DNA from: Thermoanaerobaculia bacterium
GTDB taxonomy: Bacteria > Acidobacteriota > Thermoanaerobaculia > Multivoradales > Multivoraceae
Reading direction: 5' to 3'
DNA: 64,000 nt
NCBI GenBank assembly: GCA_963666565.1
Contig: OY762911.1
Location: 4,384,011 to 4,448,010, forward strand
A model generated the notes under the pieces. It saw only the letters and a program-made list of their open reading frames with translations, ran no database searches and was not told the origin of the DNA. The position numbers were made by a program, and so were the translations under genes. This document shows positions 17,282 to 26,842 of this stretch, in pieces (position 1 is the first letter of the stretch; each line of letters opens with the position of its first letter).

Positions 17282-19525
17282 CTACTCCTCCGGCCGGTAG
17301 ACCAGACGCTCTTCCGACACGACGTTCTTGCCGCCGTCGGCGAGCAGTTCGTCGCGGGCGAACCAGCTCGGCTTCATGGCGCCGGCCGAGAACAGCTTCT
17401 CGGCCTGGTCGCGGTAGTGCGGCGAGTCGGGCCGGTCGCTCTGGCCGATCGGGGGCTGGGTGTAGCTGCGGATCGGGTCGCTGAGGATGACGACCTCGGT
17501 CGAGGTCTGGCCGCGGTTGCCCCAGCGCCGGCCGTCGGGGCGCGGAGGGCTGAACCCGACCGAACGCATGGTCGCCATCCCGGCGTCGTTGAGTGAGCCG
17601 CCGCCGACCGGCCAGGACACTTCGTCATTCGAGTCCTGGCGGCCGACCCGGAACACGTCGCCGAAGGCCGCATCGAAGCCGCCCGGGCCCGAGCGGAGGG
17701 CCTCCGCCGCAGCGTCGATCGCCTCGACCAGGGCCGGCAGCTCGTCGTCGCGGAGACCGGACGGCTTCGGCGCCTCGCGGATCAGTTCCAGGTAGTCGTT
17801 GACCCGCGCCGTCATCTGGTTCATCTCTTCGCGGCCGACCAGCTCCCGGAGCGCCTCGCGCCAGCGGAAGTAGGCGAGCGCGCCCTGTGAGTCCGGCTCG
17901 GCGACGCCGTTCCACTCCTCGATCCGGCGGACGACTTCGGCGTGGCCCGCGGAGCGCTTGCCGGGAACGGCCGCTTCCGCGCGCCGCAACTCCTCCACCC
18001 AGCGCTCGAACTGGTAGACCGAACGGTCGAGCGCCAGTTCGACGATCTCCTCCTCGCTCCACCCGGCGCCGGCTTCCCGCTTCGCCTCCAGCAGCGCCAC
18101 GGCGGCCGCGCCCCGTTGATGGGTGTACAGCTTCGGCTGGTTGTAGAGGTACGCGGGGTAGCGCTCCGGCAAGAGCGGCGACCCGACCAGCATCGTGTCC
18201 GGGCCGATGTTGTTGTTCTGCATGTAGCCGCGCTCGGGATTGAGCAGGGACATCAGGTCGGACGCCGGGTGGATGCCCAGCCATTCGGTCTCGGAGGTCG
18301 ATCCGTCGACGGAACGGCGCCAGTCGTAGCCCTCCGGCCGGATCGGCACCCGGCCGGTCCGCTGGTAGTAGATGTTGCCGCCGGTGTCCGCGATCATCAC
18401 GTTCTGCGGCATGATCTGGCGCACGTCCAGCGCCGCGGCGGCGCCCCGGTAGTCCTCCGCGACCATGAACCAGTACTTCGACTCCAGGTAGCCGATCTCC
18501 TCCTCGTACGCGAGAGCGGCGGCGTAGGCGCGGTCGCCGCGCCGCGCGACGATCGGGCCGTGGTGCGAGTACCGGAACGTCGCCTCGCGCGGCGCCGCCT
18601 CGCCGGCTACCGCAACCTCGACCGTGCGGCTCTCCATCTGCCGCCACTCGCCGTCGTAGAGATAGCGGCTCGGGTCTTTCGGGTCGAGGGTCAGTTCGTA
18701 GACGTCGGCCGTGTCCGGGCCGCCCGTCGTGTGCGCCCAGGCGACGTGCTCGTTGTGGCCCAGGTTGACGTAGGGGAAGCCCGCGGTGGCGAAGCCGCTG
18801 ATGTGGATGTCGCCGGCGTGCAGCCGCAGTTCCCAGTAGCGGTGACGGCCGAGCCAGGAGAGATGCGGATCGATGACGAGCGCCGCCGCGTCGAAGGTCG
18901 TCTGGCCGGGCGCCAGCGCGATCTCGTTGGAGGCCCGCAGGTCGACGTCGAAGCTCGGCTCGATGCCGACCGCCCGCAGGTCGGAGCGCGCCTGACCGGC
19001 AGGCCAGCTCCAGATGAACTGGCGGCTGAAGGCGACCGGCATGTAGACGTCGACCGGGCGGTCGCCCCACCAGTCGGGCACCTCGTCGGGATGCGCGTCG
19101 AGGTAGTCGTTGATGCCGGCGATGAACGCGGCCAGGTGCCGGCGGAGTTCCGGGTTCAGCTTCGCCTCGTAGTGGCGCTTCGCCGTGCCGTAGTGGTCCC
19201 ACATCCGCGACTCGAGATCGGACCGCACCCAGGCGTCGTTGGCGCCGGGGCCGAAGGCGGCGGCGTACTCGCCGAGTCCGAACAGGTAGTTCTCGAGCAG
19301 TTGCGACAGCCGGTCCTCCGCCATGGCCCAGCCGGAGGCGTAGAGACCGGCCTCGGCGGACTCGGCGTAGATGTGGGGGACACCCCAGGCGTCCCGGTAG
19401 ACCGTCGCCTCCTCGCCGCCTCCGCCGGGCGGTCCGCACGCCGCGGTCAGCGCGAGCAGTGGCACGACGAGGAGCGGCCGGAACGGAGACCTGCTGCCCT
19501 GCCTTTCCACGTCGATCCTCCTCAA
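17282..19525 (-). CDS. penicillin acylase (Ntn-hydrolase, S45) family protein, possibly an acyl-homoserine-lactone or beta-lactam acylase
   Basis: 747 aa. Lipoprotein-like leader LLALTAACG, then VYRDAWGVPHIYAESAEAGLYASGWAMAEDRLSQL, and the nucleophile context DLRASNEIALAPG typical of the family. Confidence 0.8.
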   Translation of the reverse strand: MRRIDVERQGSRSPFRPLLVVPLLALTAACGPPGGGGEEATVYRDAWGVPHIYAESAEAGLYASGWAMAEDRLSQLLENYLFGLGEYAAAFGPGANDAWVRSDLESRMWDHYGTAKRHYEAKLNPELRRHLAAFIAGINDYLDAHPDEVPDWWGDRPVDVYMPVAFSRQFIWSWPAGQARSDLRAVGIEPSFDVDLRASNEIALAPGQTTFDAAALVIDPHLSWLGRHRYWELRLHAGDIHISGFATAGFPYVNLGHNEHVAWAHTTGGPDTADVYELTLDPKDPSRYLYDGEWRQMESRTVEVAVAGEAAPREATFRYSHHGPIVARRGDRAYAAALAYEEEIGYLESKYWFMVAEDYRGAAAALDVRQIMPQNVMIADTGGNIYYQRTGRVPIRPEGYDWRRSVDGSTSETEWLGIHPASDLMSLLNPERGYMQNNNIGPDTMLVGSPLLPERYPAYLYNQPKLYTHQRGAAAVALLEAKREAGAGWSEEEIVELALDRSVYQFERWVEELRRAEAAVPGKRSAGHAEVVRRIEEWNGVAEPDSQGALAYFRWREALRELVGREEMNQMTARVNDYLELIREAPKPSGLRDDELPALVEAIDAAAEALRSGPGGFDAAFGDVFRVGRQDSNDEVSWPVGGGSLNDAGMATMRSVGFSPPRPDGRRWGNRGQTSTEVVILSDPIRSYTQPPIGQSDRPDSPHYRDQAEKLFSAGAMKPSWFARDELLADGGKNVVSEERLVYRPEE

Positions 19526-20148
19526 CCCGGCCGGCGCGTCCCAGCGCCGGCCGCGTCACAGTCCGAGCGTCCGTCTCCGGGCGGTCGGATGTCACCCGGC
19601 GGCTTCTTCGCCGACTTCGGCCGGAACGCCTCGATCCGCTCTTCGTTCGTCGTCAGGTACGGCCCGCCGATCAGGTCGACGCAGTACGGGATCGCCGGAA
19701 ACACGGCGTCCAGGCACTCGCCGATCGCCTTCGGCTGTCCCGGCAGGTTGACGATCAGCGCCGAGCCGCGAATCCCAGCCGTCTGCCGCGACAGGATCGC
19801 CGTCGGCACCGCCTGGAGCGACACCTGCCGCATCAGTTCACCGAAGCCCGGCATCTCCTTCTCGCACACCGCCAGAGTGGCCTCCGGCGTCACGTCCCGC
19901 GCCGCCGGCCCGGTGCCGCCCGTGGTCACGACGAGGCAGCACTCTTCGTCGTCGCATAGCTCGCGTAGCGCCCCCCCGATCAGGTCGACCTCGTCCTCGA
20001 CGACGCGCGCACAAGCCTCCCAAGGCGAGGTCAGCACGTCCGCCAGGTAGTCGCGGATCGCGGGACCGCCGCGGTCCTCGTACACGCCGCGCGACGCCCG
20101 GTCCGAGACGGTCACGATGCCGATACGGGCCGGAGCGCGTTCCGACAT
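19522..20148 (-). CDS. mog: molybdopterin adenylyltransferase (MogA)
   Basis: RIGIVTVSDRASRGVYEDRGGPAI..LVVTTGGTGPAARDVTPEATLAVCEKEMPGFGELMRQVSLQAVPTAILSRQTAGIRGSALIVNLPGQPKAI..FRPKSAKK is collinear with E. coli MogA as I recall it. It overlaps the acylase start by 4 nt. Confidence 0.85.
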   Translation of the reverse strand: MSERAPARIGIVTVSDRASRGVYEDRGGPAIRDYLADVLTSPWEACARVVEDEVDLIGGALRELCDDEECCLVVTTGGTGPAARDVTPEATLAVCEKEMPGFGELMRQVSLQAVPTAILSRQTAGIRGSALIVNLPGQPKAIGECLDAVFPAIPYCVDLIGGPYLTTNEERIEAFRPKSAKKPPGDIRPPGDGRSDCDAAGAGTRRPG

Positions 20149-20152
20149 CGCG

Positions 20153-20662
20153 CTAGGGAATGAACAGACGAGCGAAGACGGCGACCGTGGCCGCGACGTT
20201 GAACCCCATGAACCACTTCATCGTGCGAAGGTGGGACTGAATTGCCGCGACTTGACCTTCAAGAGCGGTGAATCGACCGTCCACGCCGGCGAACTGGCCA
20301 TCCACGGAGGCGAACTGGCCATCCACGGCAGAGAATCGCCCTTCCACCGCGGCGAACCGTTCGTTCACCTCCGCACGGAACGAGGCCATCTCGCCGCCGA
20401 GATCGGTCCGCACCGCTGCGATCTCCAGGCCGATGTTGGTCGCCAGCCTCGTCTCCACGGACTCGATCCTGTTGCTCAGGTCCGTCCTGACCGACTCGAT
20501 CTCGGCTCCGAGTTCGGACCGAACGAGCGCCAGGTCGTCCTTCGTGGCGAGCCGATCGTCGGCCCGGTTGATCGCGTCGACGATGACCTCCGCATGTGCC
20601 GGCTCGATGCCGGCCTCCTTGAAGGTCCTGTGAGTTGCGAGTGTGTCTATTCTGCTGGTCAT
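20153..20662 (-). CDS. DUF1640-like tail-anchored coiled-coil protein
   Basis: AAGGAG plus an 8-nt spacer precedes ATG 20662. MTSRIDTLATHRTFKEAGIEPAHAEVIVDAINRADDRLATKDDLALVRSEL is the DUF1640 head. It is followed by 7-aa repeats (AVEGRFS AVDGQFA SVDGQFA GVDGRFT ALEGQVA) and the C-terminal anchor MKWFMGFNVAATVAVFARLFIP. Confidence 0.6.
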   Translation of the reverse strand: MTSRIDTLATHRTFKEAGIEPAHAEVIVDAINRADDRLATKDDLALVRSELGAEIESVRTDLSNRIESVETRLATNIGLEIAAVRTDLGGEMASFRAEVNERFAAVEGRFSAVDGQFASVDGQFAGVDGRFTALEGQVAAIQSHLRTMKWFMGFNVAATVAVFARLFIP

Positions 20663-20791
20663 TCGATTCGCTCCTTGCGTGCATTCCCGCAAGGAGGCGC
20701 CCAAGGTGGCAAGGCAAGGGCCTCCGAGAGTACCACCGGCTCCCTCCGGCAACCGCCGGGCGCCCGACCGTCGTTGATACCCTCTCCGGTC

Positions 20792-21400
20792 GTGCCGGAC
20801 ACGCAACAGGACGCGCGACTGCACGAGTTGAGAGCGCTGATCCAGGAGCGGAGCATCGCCAAGGGCGACTTCGTCCTGACCTCCGGCGCCCGCTCGCACT
20901 ACTACTGCGACACGAAGGCGACGGTGCTGTCGCCGCGGGGCTCGCGGCTGATCGGCGAGGCGCTCTGCGACGTGTTGCGGCCCTTCGGAGTCGACGCCGT
21001 CGGCGGGCCCGAAGTAGGCGGCGCCTACCTGGCGACGGCCGCGTCCGTGGCGAGCGACCTCGGCGGGCCGCCGCTGTTCGGCTTCCTGGTCCGCAACAAG
21101 GCGAAGGGCCACGGCACGAGCGCCCGCATCGACGCCTCGTACCACCCGGACGGCCGCAAGCTGATCGTCGCGGGCCGGCGGGTCGCCGTCGTCGACGACG
21201 TCGTCACCTCGGCCGGCTCGATCCTGCGCGCTATCGAGGCGGTCGAGGCCGAGGGCTGCGAAGTCGCCGCCGTGTCGGCGGTCGTCGACCGCCAGGAGGG
21301 AGGCGGCGACCGCCTGCGCGAACTCGGTTACGACTTCCGGCCGCTGTTCCTCGCCGACGGCGAAGGCGACCTGACGCTCCACGCCGGAGACGGACGATGA
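20792..21400 (+). CDS. pyrE: orotate phosphoribosyltransferase
   Basis: GTG 20792. The sequence contains GDFVLTSGARSHYYCDTK, the PRPP-binding loop VAVVDDVVTSAGS, and VVDRQEGG. The upstream part of the ORF-track entry 20117-21400 is antisense to the DUF1640-like gene. Confidence 0.7.
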   Translation: MPDTQQDARLHELRALIQERSIAKGDFVLTSGARSHYYCDTKATVLSPRGSRLIGEALCDVLRPFGVDAVGGPEVGGAYLATAASVASDLGGPPLFGFLVRNKAKGHGTSARIDASYHPDGRKLIVAGRRVAVVDDVVTSAGSILRAIEAVEAEGCEVAAVSAVVDRQEGGGDRLRELGYDFRPLFLADGEGDLTLHAGDGR

Positions 21401-21420
21401 GAAACGGGCCGACGGCCAGG

Positions 21421-21660
21421 TGCGCCGGAAGCGGGTCGGAAGACCCGCGCACCCAGCGACGAGCGACGCTGGCAGGCAGGCGCGCCGGAAGCGGGTCGGA
21501 AGACCCGCGCACCCAGCGACGAGCGACGCTGGCAGGCAGGTGCGCCGGAAGCGGGTCGGAAGACCCGCGCACCCAGCGACGAGCGACGCTGGCAGCCAAG
21601 CGCGCCGGAAGCGGGTCGGAAGACCCGCGCACCCGGCGGCGAGCGACGCAGGCAGGCAGG
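21421..21660. repeat. tandem array of 4 x 60-bp units, each containing one REP hairpin
   Basis: The unit (t/c)gcgccggaagcgggtcggaagacccgcgcacccagcgacgagcgacgctggcaggcagg is repeated four times with few substitutions. The repeats line up exactly with the 60-nt print lines 21421, 21481, 21541 and 21601. Confidence 0.95.
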
Positions 21661-21663
21661 CAC

Positions 21664-23859
21664 GTGCCCGCCGCGGCGGCCACCGTCGCGCTCGCCGCCC
21701 TGGCGCTGGCCGGCATCGCCACCGGCCCGGCCCAGGCGCACGTGCGGATCACGACCGACATCAACTTCGCCGAGGACGTCCGCCCGATTCTCCGCCGCTA
21801 CTGCATGCCCTGCCACAACCCGAAGGGCTCGGCGCCGGACTACATCGACCTGACCACCTACGGCAACGACGCGAAGCCCGGCGCCCGCGCCTGGGCGGTG
21901 GCGATCGAAGAAGAGCTGATGACCGGGCGCATGCCGCCGTGGACCGCCGACGCCCGCTACGACCATTTCCGCAACTCGCGGCGGATGAGCCAGCAGGAGA
22001 TCGACATCCTCGTCGCCTGGGTCCAGGGCGGCGGACCCCAGGGGCCGCGCCGCAACCTGCCGCCGCCGCTGGAGTTCACGGAAGAGGAGTGGGTGCTCGG
22101 CTACCCCGACCTGGTGCTCGAACCTGCCGGCGAAACCGTTCTCGACGGCGGGCGCCAGACCGCCTCCCACCGCGAGACGCTCGCCGTCGAGCTCGAGGAG
22201 GACGCCTGGATCACCGGCTACGAGTTCCGGCCGCAGCACCCGGGCGTCGTCTATCGCATGGCGGCCTGGATCCAGGAACCCGAGGACGCCGAGCCGGAGC
22301 AGCTCGAAGTCGAGGTCCAGGTTCCCTACGACCCCTTCCGCGACGAGGACGAACCCGAGCCGACCCGGATGCGCACCGCGACCGCCGGCCCCCAGTTCCT
22401 CGGCCAGTGGCTGCGCGGCGACGACCCGGTACTGCTGCCGGACGGCGCCGGCAAGCGGCTCCGAGCCGGTTCGAAGATCGAGCTCGCCGTCGAGTACCGG
22501 CGGCGCCCCAACGACGACTCGCGGATCGAGATCCGCGATCGTTCGAGCCTCGGCCTGTTCCTGGCCCAGACCGAGGACGAAGTCGAGCTCTGGGTCGAGA
22601 GCCAGCGGGCCGGCGGCGAGGTCGCGCTCAAGGGCCGGCGCGCCGCCCGGCCGCAAACCGCGAGCGTGACGCTCGCCGAGCGCGCACGCCTGATCGGACT
22701 CCACCCTCACGTCGGCGACCGGCTCGCCAGCATGGAGATCCGCGTCCACTTCCCCGACCAGCGGGTCCAGACCGTGCTCTACGTTCCGGAGTACGACCCC
22801 GAGTTCCCCTCCTCCTACCTGTTCGAGGAGGCGATTCACGCCCCGCCCGGCACCCGCGTCGAACTGATCGGCTCGTTCGACACCGGCAGGGAGGGCAAGG
22901 GAAGGGAGACGATCGTCCAGCCCTTCGCGCTCCACGTGGACTACGAACTGGACGACCACCTCGTCCTGCCCGAGATCTTCGTGCCGCGCGAGCAGCCGCA
23001 GACCCGCGGCGGCATGCTGGCGGCGGGCCTCGGCGGCGCCGACCTGCCCGGCGGCGGCGAGGGCGCCGGAGCGCCGGGCTTCGCGCCCAACCCCGCCGAC
23101 CCGAACGCCGCCGCCCACATGGACCACAAACCGCTCCACGGCGGCCAGTTCTTCATGGCGGCGAACAACTACCACCACCTGGAGGGCGCGCTGCCGAACG
23201 CCGGCGAGTTCCGGCTCTACGTCTACGACGACTTCAAGCAGCCGGTCGATCCGCGAAACTTCGGCGGCGACGTCGTCTTCGAGGCGTGGAACGAGGAGAC
23301 CGAGAGCTGGGACGAGACCCGCTATCCGATGGCGCCGGCGATCGGCAGCGACTACCTGCTCTCGGAGATCCCCGGCGAACTCCCCAGCGAGTTCTTCGCC
23401 CACGTCTGGCTGGCCGGCGAACAGCAGCGCTACGACTTCTTCTTCGAGGAGACGACGGTCGAACCCGTCGGCGGCGCCTCCCGCGGCGGCGGCGCCATTC
23501 GCGCCGGGCCGCACAGCCACGAGCGGCCGCCGATGACGATCCCCCAGTACCCGGAGGCGATCGCCGCCCTGATGGCGCTCAAGCGCGACCGCGTCCGCAG
23601 CCAGATCGAGAACGGCGAGTGGCTGACGCTCTACGTGCCCGCCTTCGACGCGCGCGACCTGGCGGAAGCCCTGCTCGACCGGCTGGACGCCCTGAGCGCC
23701 CGGGAGCGCGGCCAGGCGCGGCGGGCGATCGGCCGCGTCATGCAGAGCGCCGCCGAACTCGACCGCAGCGGCGACCTGGCCGACCGGGCGCGCGCCCAGC
23801 GGGCGTTCGAGCGCTTCGACGGCGGCGTCCGCGAGCTGCTCGACCTGATCGAACCGTGA
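21664..23859 (+). CDS. secreted protein with an N-terminal c-type cytochrome (CxxCH) domain, function unknown
   Basis: GTG 21664 gives the signal peptide (M)PAAAATVALAALALAGIATGPAQA, then ..VRPILRRYCMPCHNPKGSAPD (a single heme-binding motif). The protein is 731 aa. An alternative SD plus ATG at 21397 is in frame through the REP array (see findings). Confidence 0.6.
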   Translation: MPAAAATVALAALALAGIATGPAQAHVRITTDINFAEDVRPILRRYCMPCHNPKGSAPDYIDLTTYGNDAKPGARAWAVAIEEELMTGRMPPWTADARYDHFRNSRRMSQQEIDILVAWVQGGGPQGPRRNLPPPLEFTEEEWVLGYPDLVLEPAGETVLDGGRQTASHRETLAVELEEDAWITGYEFRPQHPGVVYRMAAWIQEPEDAEPEQLEVEVQVPYDPFRDEDEPEPTRMRTATAGPQFLGQWLRGDDPVLLPDGAGKRLRAGSKIELAVEYRRRPNDDSRIEIRDRSSLGLFLAQTEDEVELWVESQRAGGEVALKGRRAARPQTASVTLAERARLIGLHPHVGDRLASMEIRVHFPDQRVQTVLYVPEYDPEFPSSYLFEEAIHAPPGTRVELIGSFDTGREGKGRETIVQPFALHVDYELDDHLVLPEIFVPREQPQTRGGMLAAGLGGADLPGGGEGAGAPGFAPNPADPNAAAHMDHKPLHGGQFFMAANNYHHLEGALPNAGEFRLYVYDDFKQPVDPRNFGGDVVFEAWNEETESWDETRYPMAPAIGSDYLLSEIPGELPSEFFAHVWLAGEQQRYDFFFEETTVEPVGGASRGGGAIRAGPHSHERPPMTIPQYPEAIAALMALKRDRVRSQIENGEWLTLYVPAFDARDLAEALLDRLDALSARERGQARRAIGRVMQSAAELDRSGDLADRARAQRAFERFDGGVRELLDLIEP

Positions 23860-23923
23860 CGGGAGCACGAGCCCGGCCATCGACCACGCCGCTCAGGATG
23901 TTCTGGACCCGAAAGGAGCACGC

Positions 23924-25105
23924 ATGAAGAGGATGCCTTTCGCGCTGGCCCTGGCCGCGCTCGTGGGCATGGCCGGAACCCCGTCCGCGGCGCAGATCGA
24001 TCCGGCCTCCCTGCCGGAGCCGCTGACCGTCGAGACGCTGCCCGACAAGCCGGACGGCGCTCGCTGGGTCTGGATCGCGTCCTTCACGAACTACGCGCAC
24101 GCGGACCTCATCGACGCCGACACCGGCAGGCTCCTGGGCACGATCGAACTCGGCTACCAGGGAGTGCTGCCCCAGATCCCCCGCTCGGGCGACGAGATCT
24201 ACAACCACGCCGTCTACATGTCGCGCGGCTTCCACGGCGACCTCGTCGAGGTGGTCGAGATCTTCGACGCGAAGACGCTCGAGATCAGGGGCGAGATCCC
24301 GATCGACCCGCCGAAGGCCATGCGCGGGCTGCCGAGCATCAACCTGACGACCCTGACGGACAACGACCGCTTCCTGGTCCAGTCCTTCTTCACGCCCGCC
24401 CTGAGCTTCGGGGTCGTCGACCTGGAACGGCGGACGTTCGTCGGCGAGATCGAGACCGGCGGTTGCGCGCACGCGATGGCGGCCGGCCCCCGCCGCTTCT
24501 TCTCGCTGTGCGGCGACGGAGCCGTGCTGACCGTCGACCTGGACGAGAACGGCGCCGAGAGCGCCAGAGAGAGCCACCCGGGCTTCTTCGACGCGGAAGG
24601 CGATCCCCTCCATCCGACCGGCGCCAGGTCGGGCGACGCGTGGTACTTCGCCTCGGTGCGCGGCGTCATGCACGCCGTCGACGCGAGCGGCGGCGGGATC
24701 GAGTTCCAGGAACCCTGGACATTCCGCGAGGAGGACGACGCCGGGGTCTGGGTGCCGGCCGCGCCGTTCCAGCACATGGCGATCCACCACGCCTCCGGCC
24801 GCCTGTTCCTGCTGATGTCCGTCGTGCCCGATCTCGAACGGAAGCCGGGCGGCTACGACTTCCACCGCGGCCCCGGCTTCGAGACCTGGGTGTTCGACAT
24901 CGAGAGCCGCGAACGGCTCGCCCGCCACAAGATGGACAAGCCGACGGCCGCTATCGCGGTGAGCCAGGACGACGCGCCGCTCCTCTACGCCTCGACCTAC
25001 ACCCACGTCGACATCTACGACGCGGGCACGGGCGAGGTCACGCGGACCCTGAACCCCGACGTGGAGGTCCGGGACGTCGTCGTCATGATGCAACCCTGGG
25101 ACTGA
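23924..25105 (+). CDS. mauB: TTQ-dependent amine (methylamine-type) dehydrogenase large subunit
   Basis: 393 aa with a signal peptide. The call rests mainly on the conserved gene order mauB-mauE-mauD-mauA, plus length and character consistent with a beta-propeller. Confidence 0.7.
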   Translation: MKRMPFALALAALVGMAGTPSAAQIDPASLPEPLTVETLPDKPDGARWVWIASFTNYAHADLIDADTGRLLGTIELGYQGVLPQIPRSGDEIYNHAVYMSRGFHGDLVEVVEIFDAKTLEIRGEIPIDPPKAMRGLPSINLTTLTDNDRFLVQSFFTPALSFGVVDLERRTFVGEIETGGCAHAMAAGPRRFFSLCGDGAVLTVDLDENGAESARESHPGFFDAEGDPLHPTGARSGDAWYFASVRGVMHAVDASGGGIEFQEPWTFREEDDAGVWVPAAPFQHMAIHHASGRLFLLMSVVPDLERKPGGYDFHRGPGFETWVFDIESRERLARHKMDKPTAAIAVSQDDAPLLYASTYTHVDIYDAGTGEVTRTLNPDVEVRDVVVMMQPWD

Positions 25106-25112
25106 GACCGCC

Positions 25113-25673
25113 GTGAACCTCGCCGTCGACCCGGTCGTCCAGATCGCGGCGCGAGTTCTCCTCGCGCTGCTGTTTCTCGGCACCGCCGCGCACAAGCTGC
25201 GCGACCCTCGGACGACCGCGGTGATCGCGTCCCGCTACCTGCGGGGCTTCGGGCTGCCCGGTTCGCCGGCGCCGGCCGCCGTCGTCACGGCCGGGCTGAT
25301 CGCGGCGGAGCTTGCCGCCGCCGGGCTCTGCGCCTTCCATCCCTCGGGAGCGGCCGCCGGCGGTCTGGCGGCTGGGCTGCTCGGTCTCTACGCGCTCGGC
25401 ATGGCCGTGAGCGTGGCGCGCGGGATCGCGCCCGAAGACTGCGGCTGCTCCTGGGCCGGAGCCACCGGCCAGCCCGCGGGGTGGGCTCTCGTGCTGCGCA
25501 ACCTGGTGCTGATCGCCGTCGCCCTGCTGCCGGCGGCGCCGGCCGCGGCGCGGCCGCTCGGCTTCGCCGACTACGCCGGCGCCTTCTCGCTCGGCGTCTT
25601 CGCCATCGCCATGTACGCTACGGCGGACGTGCTCATCGCGAACCACGGGCTGCTCCGGGAGGGAACGTCGTGA
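25113..25673 (+). CDS. mauE: MauE-type membrane protein (methylamine utilisation)
   Basis: 186-aa polytopic hydrophobic protein (LLALLFLGTAAHKLRDP..) between mauB and mauD. Confidence 0.65.
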   Translation: MNLAVDPVVQIAARVLLALLFLGTAAHKLRDPRTTAVIASRYLRGFGLPGSPAPAAVVTAGLIAAELAAAGLCAFHPSGAAAGGLAAGLLGLYALGMAVSVARGIAPEDCGCSWAGATGQPAGWALVLRNLVLIAVALLPAAPAAARPLGFADYAGAFSLGVFAIAMYATADVLIANHGLLREGTS

Positions 25674-26308
25674 CGACTTCCGCCGGCATCCTGTTCGCGA
25701 TCATGGGATTCGCGATTCTCTGCCTGGCCGTCGCGACCTTCGCGCTCGCCCGCCAGATCGGCGTGATCCACCAGCGGATCGGCCCGGTCGGCGCCCTGGC
25801 GCTGAGCAAAACGGTGCGCGTCGGCGAGAAGTCGCCGGAGTTCCGGCTCGACACCCTGGACGGCGAAGCGGTCGTCCTGGGCGCTCCCGATCCGGACGGC
25901 AAGAGCACGCTGATCACGTTCCTGACGCCCGACTGTCCCGTGTGCGCCCAGCTCCTTCCGGCGCTCCGGTCCATCGCGCGGGAGGAGTCGAGCTGGCTCC
26001 GGCTCGTCTTCGCCAGCGACGGCGACCCGGCGCGCCACGCCGAGTTCCGGACCGCGCGCCGGCTCGACAACTTCGCCTACGTGCTCGCGCCGGAACTCGG
26101 CATGACCTACGAGATCGGCAAGCTCCCCTACGGCGTGCTGCTCGACGAGAACGGCATCGTGGCGGCGCAGGGGCTCACGAACAGCAGGGAGCACGTGGAG
26201 AGCCTGTTCGAGGCGAAGCGGCTGGGCGTCGGTTCGATTCAGGAGTTTCTCGAACGCAGGGAGCAGGGCCCGGCGCTCGTCGCGGGCGGCTCGCAACAAC
26301 CGTCGTGA
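25670..26308 (+). CDS. mauD: MauD-type thioredoxin-fold protein
   Basis: GTG 25670 overlaps the mauE stop (GTGA). It has an N-terminal membrane anchor and the thioredoxin motif FLTPDCPVCAQLLP. Confidence 0.7.
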   Translation: MTTSAGILFAIMGFAILCLAVATFALARQIGVIHQRIGPVGALALSKTVRVGEKSPEFRLDTLDGEAVVLGAPDPDGKSTLITFLTPDCPVCAQLLPALRSIAREESSWLRLVFASDGDPARHAEFRTARRLDNFAYVLAPELGMTYEIGKLPYGVLLDENGIVAAQGLTNSREHVESLFEAKRLGVGSIQEFLERREQGPALVAGGSQQPS

Positions 26309-26316
26309 GGACTGTC

Positions 26317-26835
26317 ATGAACTGGTTCGACAAGATTTCGGCTCGTGCCGCCGCCGGCCTGGCGGAGAGAACCTCCCGCCGGTCCGCGCTGGGTTCCATC
26401 GGAAGCGCGATCGCCGGCGGCGTTCTGCTGCCGCTGCTCCCGGTGGACCGGACCTTCGCCCAGGAGGCGGCGGGCGACGCGCCCGAGCCCCGGCAGGATC
26501 CCACGCAGTGCGACTACTGGGCCTACTGCTCGGTCGACGGCTGGCTGTGCAGTTGCTGCGGCGGCTCGACCAGCTCCTGTCCGCCGGGATCCAGGGCCGC
26601 GCCCATCACCTGGACCGGCACCTGCCGGAATCCGGCCGACGGCAAGAGCTACGTCATCGCCTACCACGACTGCTGCGGCGCCTTCCCCTGCCAGCGCTGC
26701 ACCTGCAACACGAACGAGGGCGACACCGCGCGCTACCACCCGCAGCGCTCGAACTCCGTTCTCTGGTGCGGCAACGGCGGCGCTCCGTTCGGCTACCACT
26801 GCACGATGTCCCGGATTCTCTCCGTCGCCGAGTAG
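26317..26835 (+). CDS. mauA: TTQ-dependent amine dehydrogenase small subunit
   Basis: GAGGA plus a 6-nt spacer precedes ATG 26317. Long Tat-like leader (ERTSRRSALGSIGSAIA). CDYWAYCSVDGWLCSCCGGSTSSCPPGS..ITWTGTCRNPADGKSYVIAYHDCCG..RCTCN..VLWCGNG..YHCTMS is collinear with Paracoccus MauA, including both TTQ tryptophan positions. Confidence 0.85.
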   Translation: MNWFDKISARAAAGLAERTSRRSALGSIGSAIAGGVLLPLLPVDRTFAQEAAGDAPEPRQDPTQCDYWAYCSVDGWLCSCCGGSTSSCPPGSRAAPITWTGTCRNPADGKSYVIAYHDCCGAFPCQRCTCNTNEGDTARYHPQRSNSVLWCGNGGAPFGYHCTMSRILSVAE

Positions 26836-26842
26836 GGATCCC

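Noticed and set aside
21421-21660. Possible CRISPR arrays at 21421-21660 and 27826-27966 (regularly spaced palindromic repeats).
   Set aside because: The whole 60-bp or 30-bp unit is repeated, so there are no unique spacers between repeats. No cas genes are in the window. The palindrome is the same REP found singly elsewhere.
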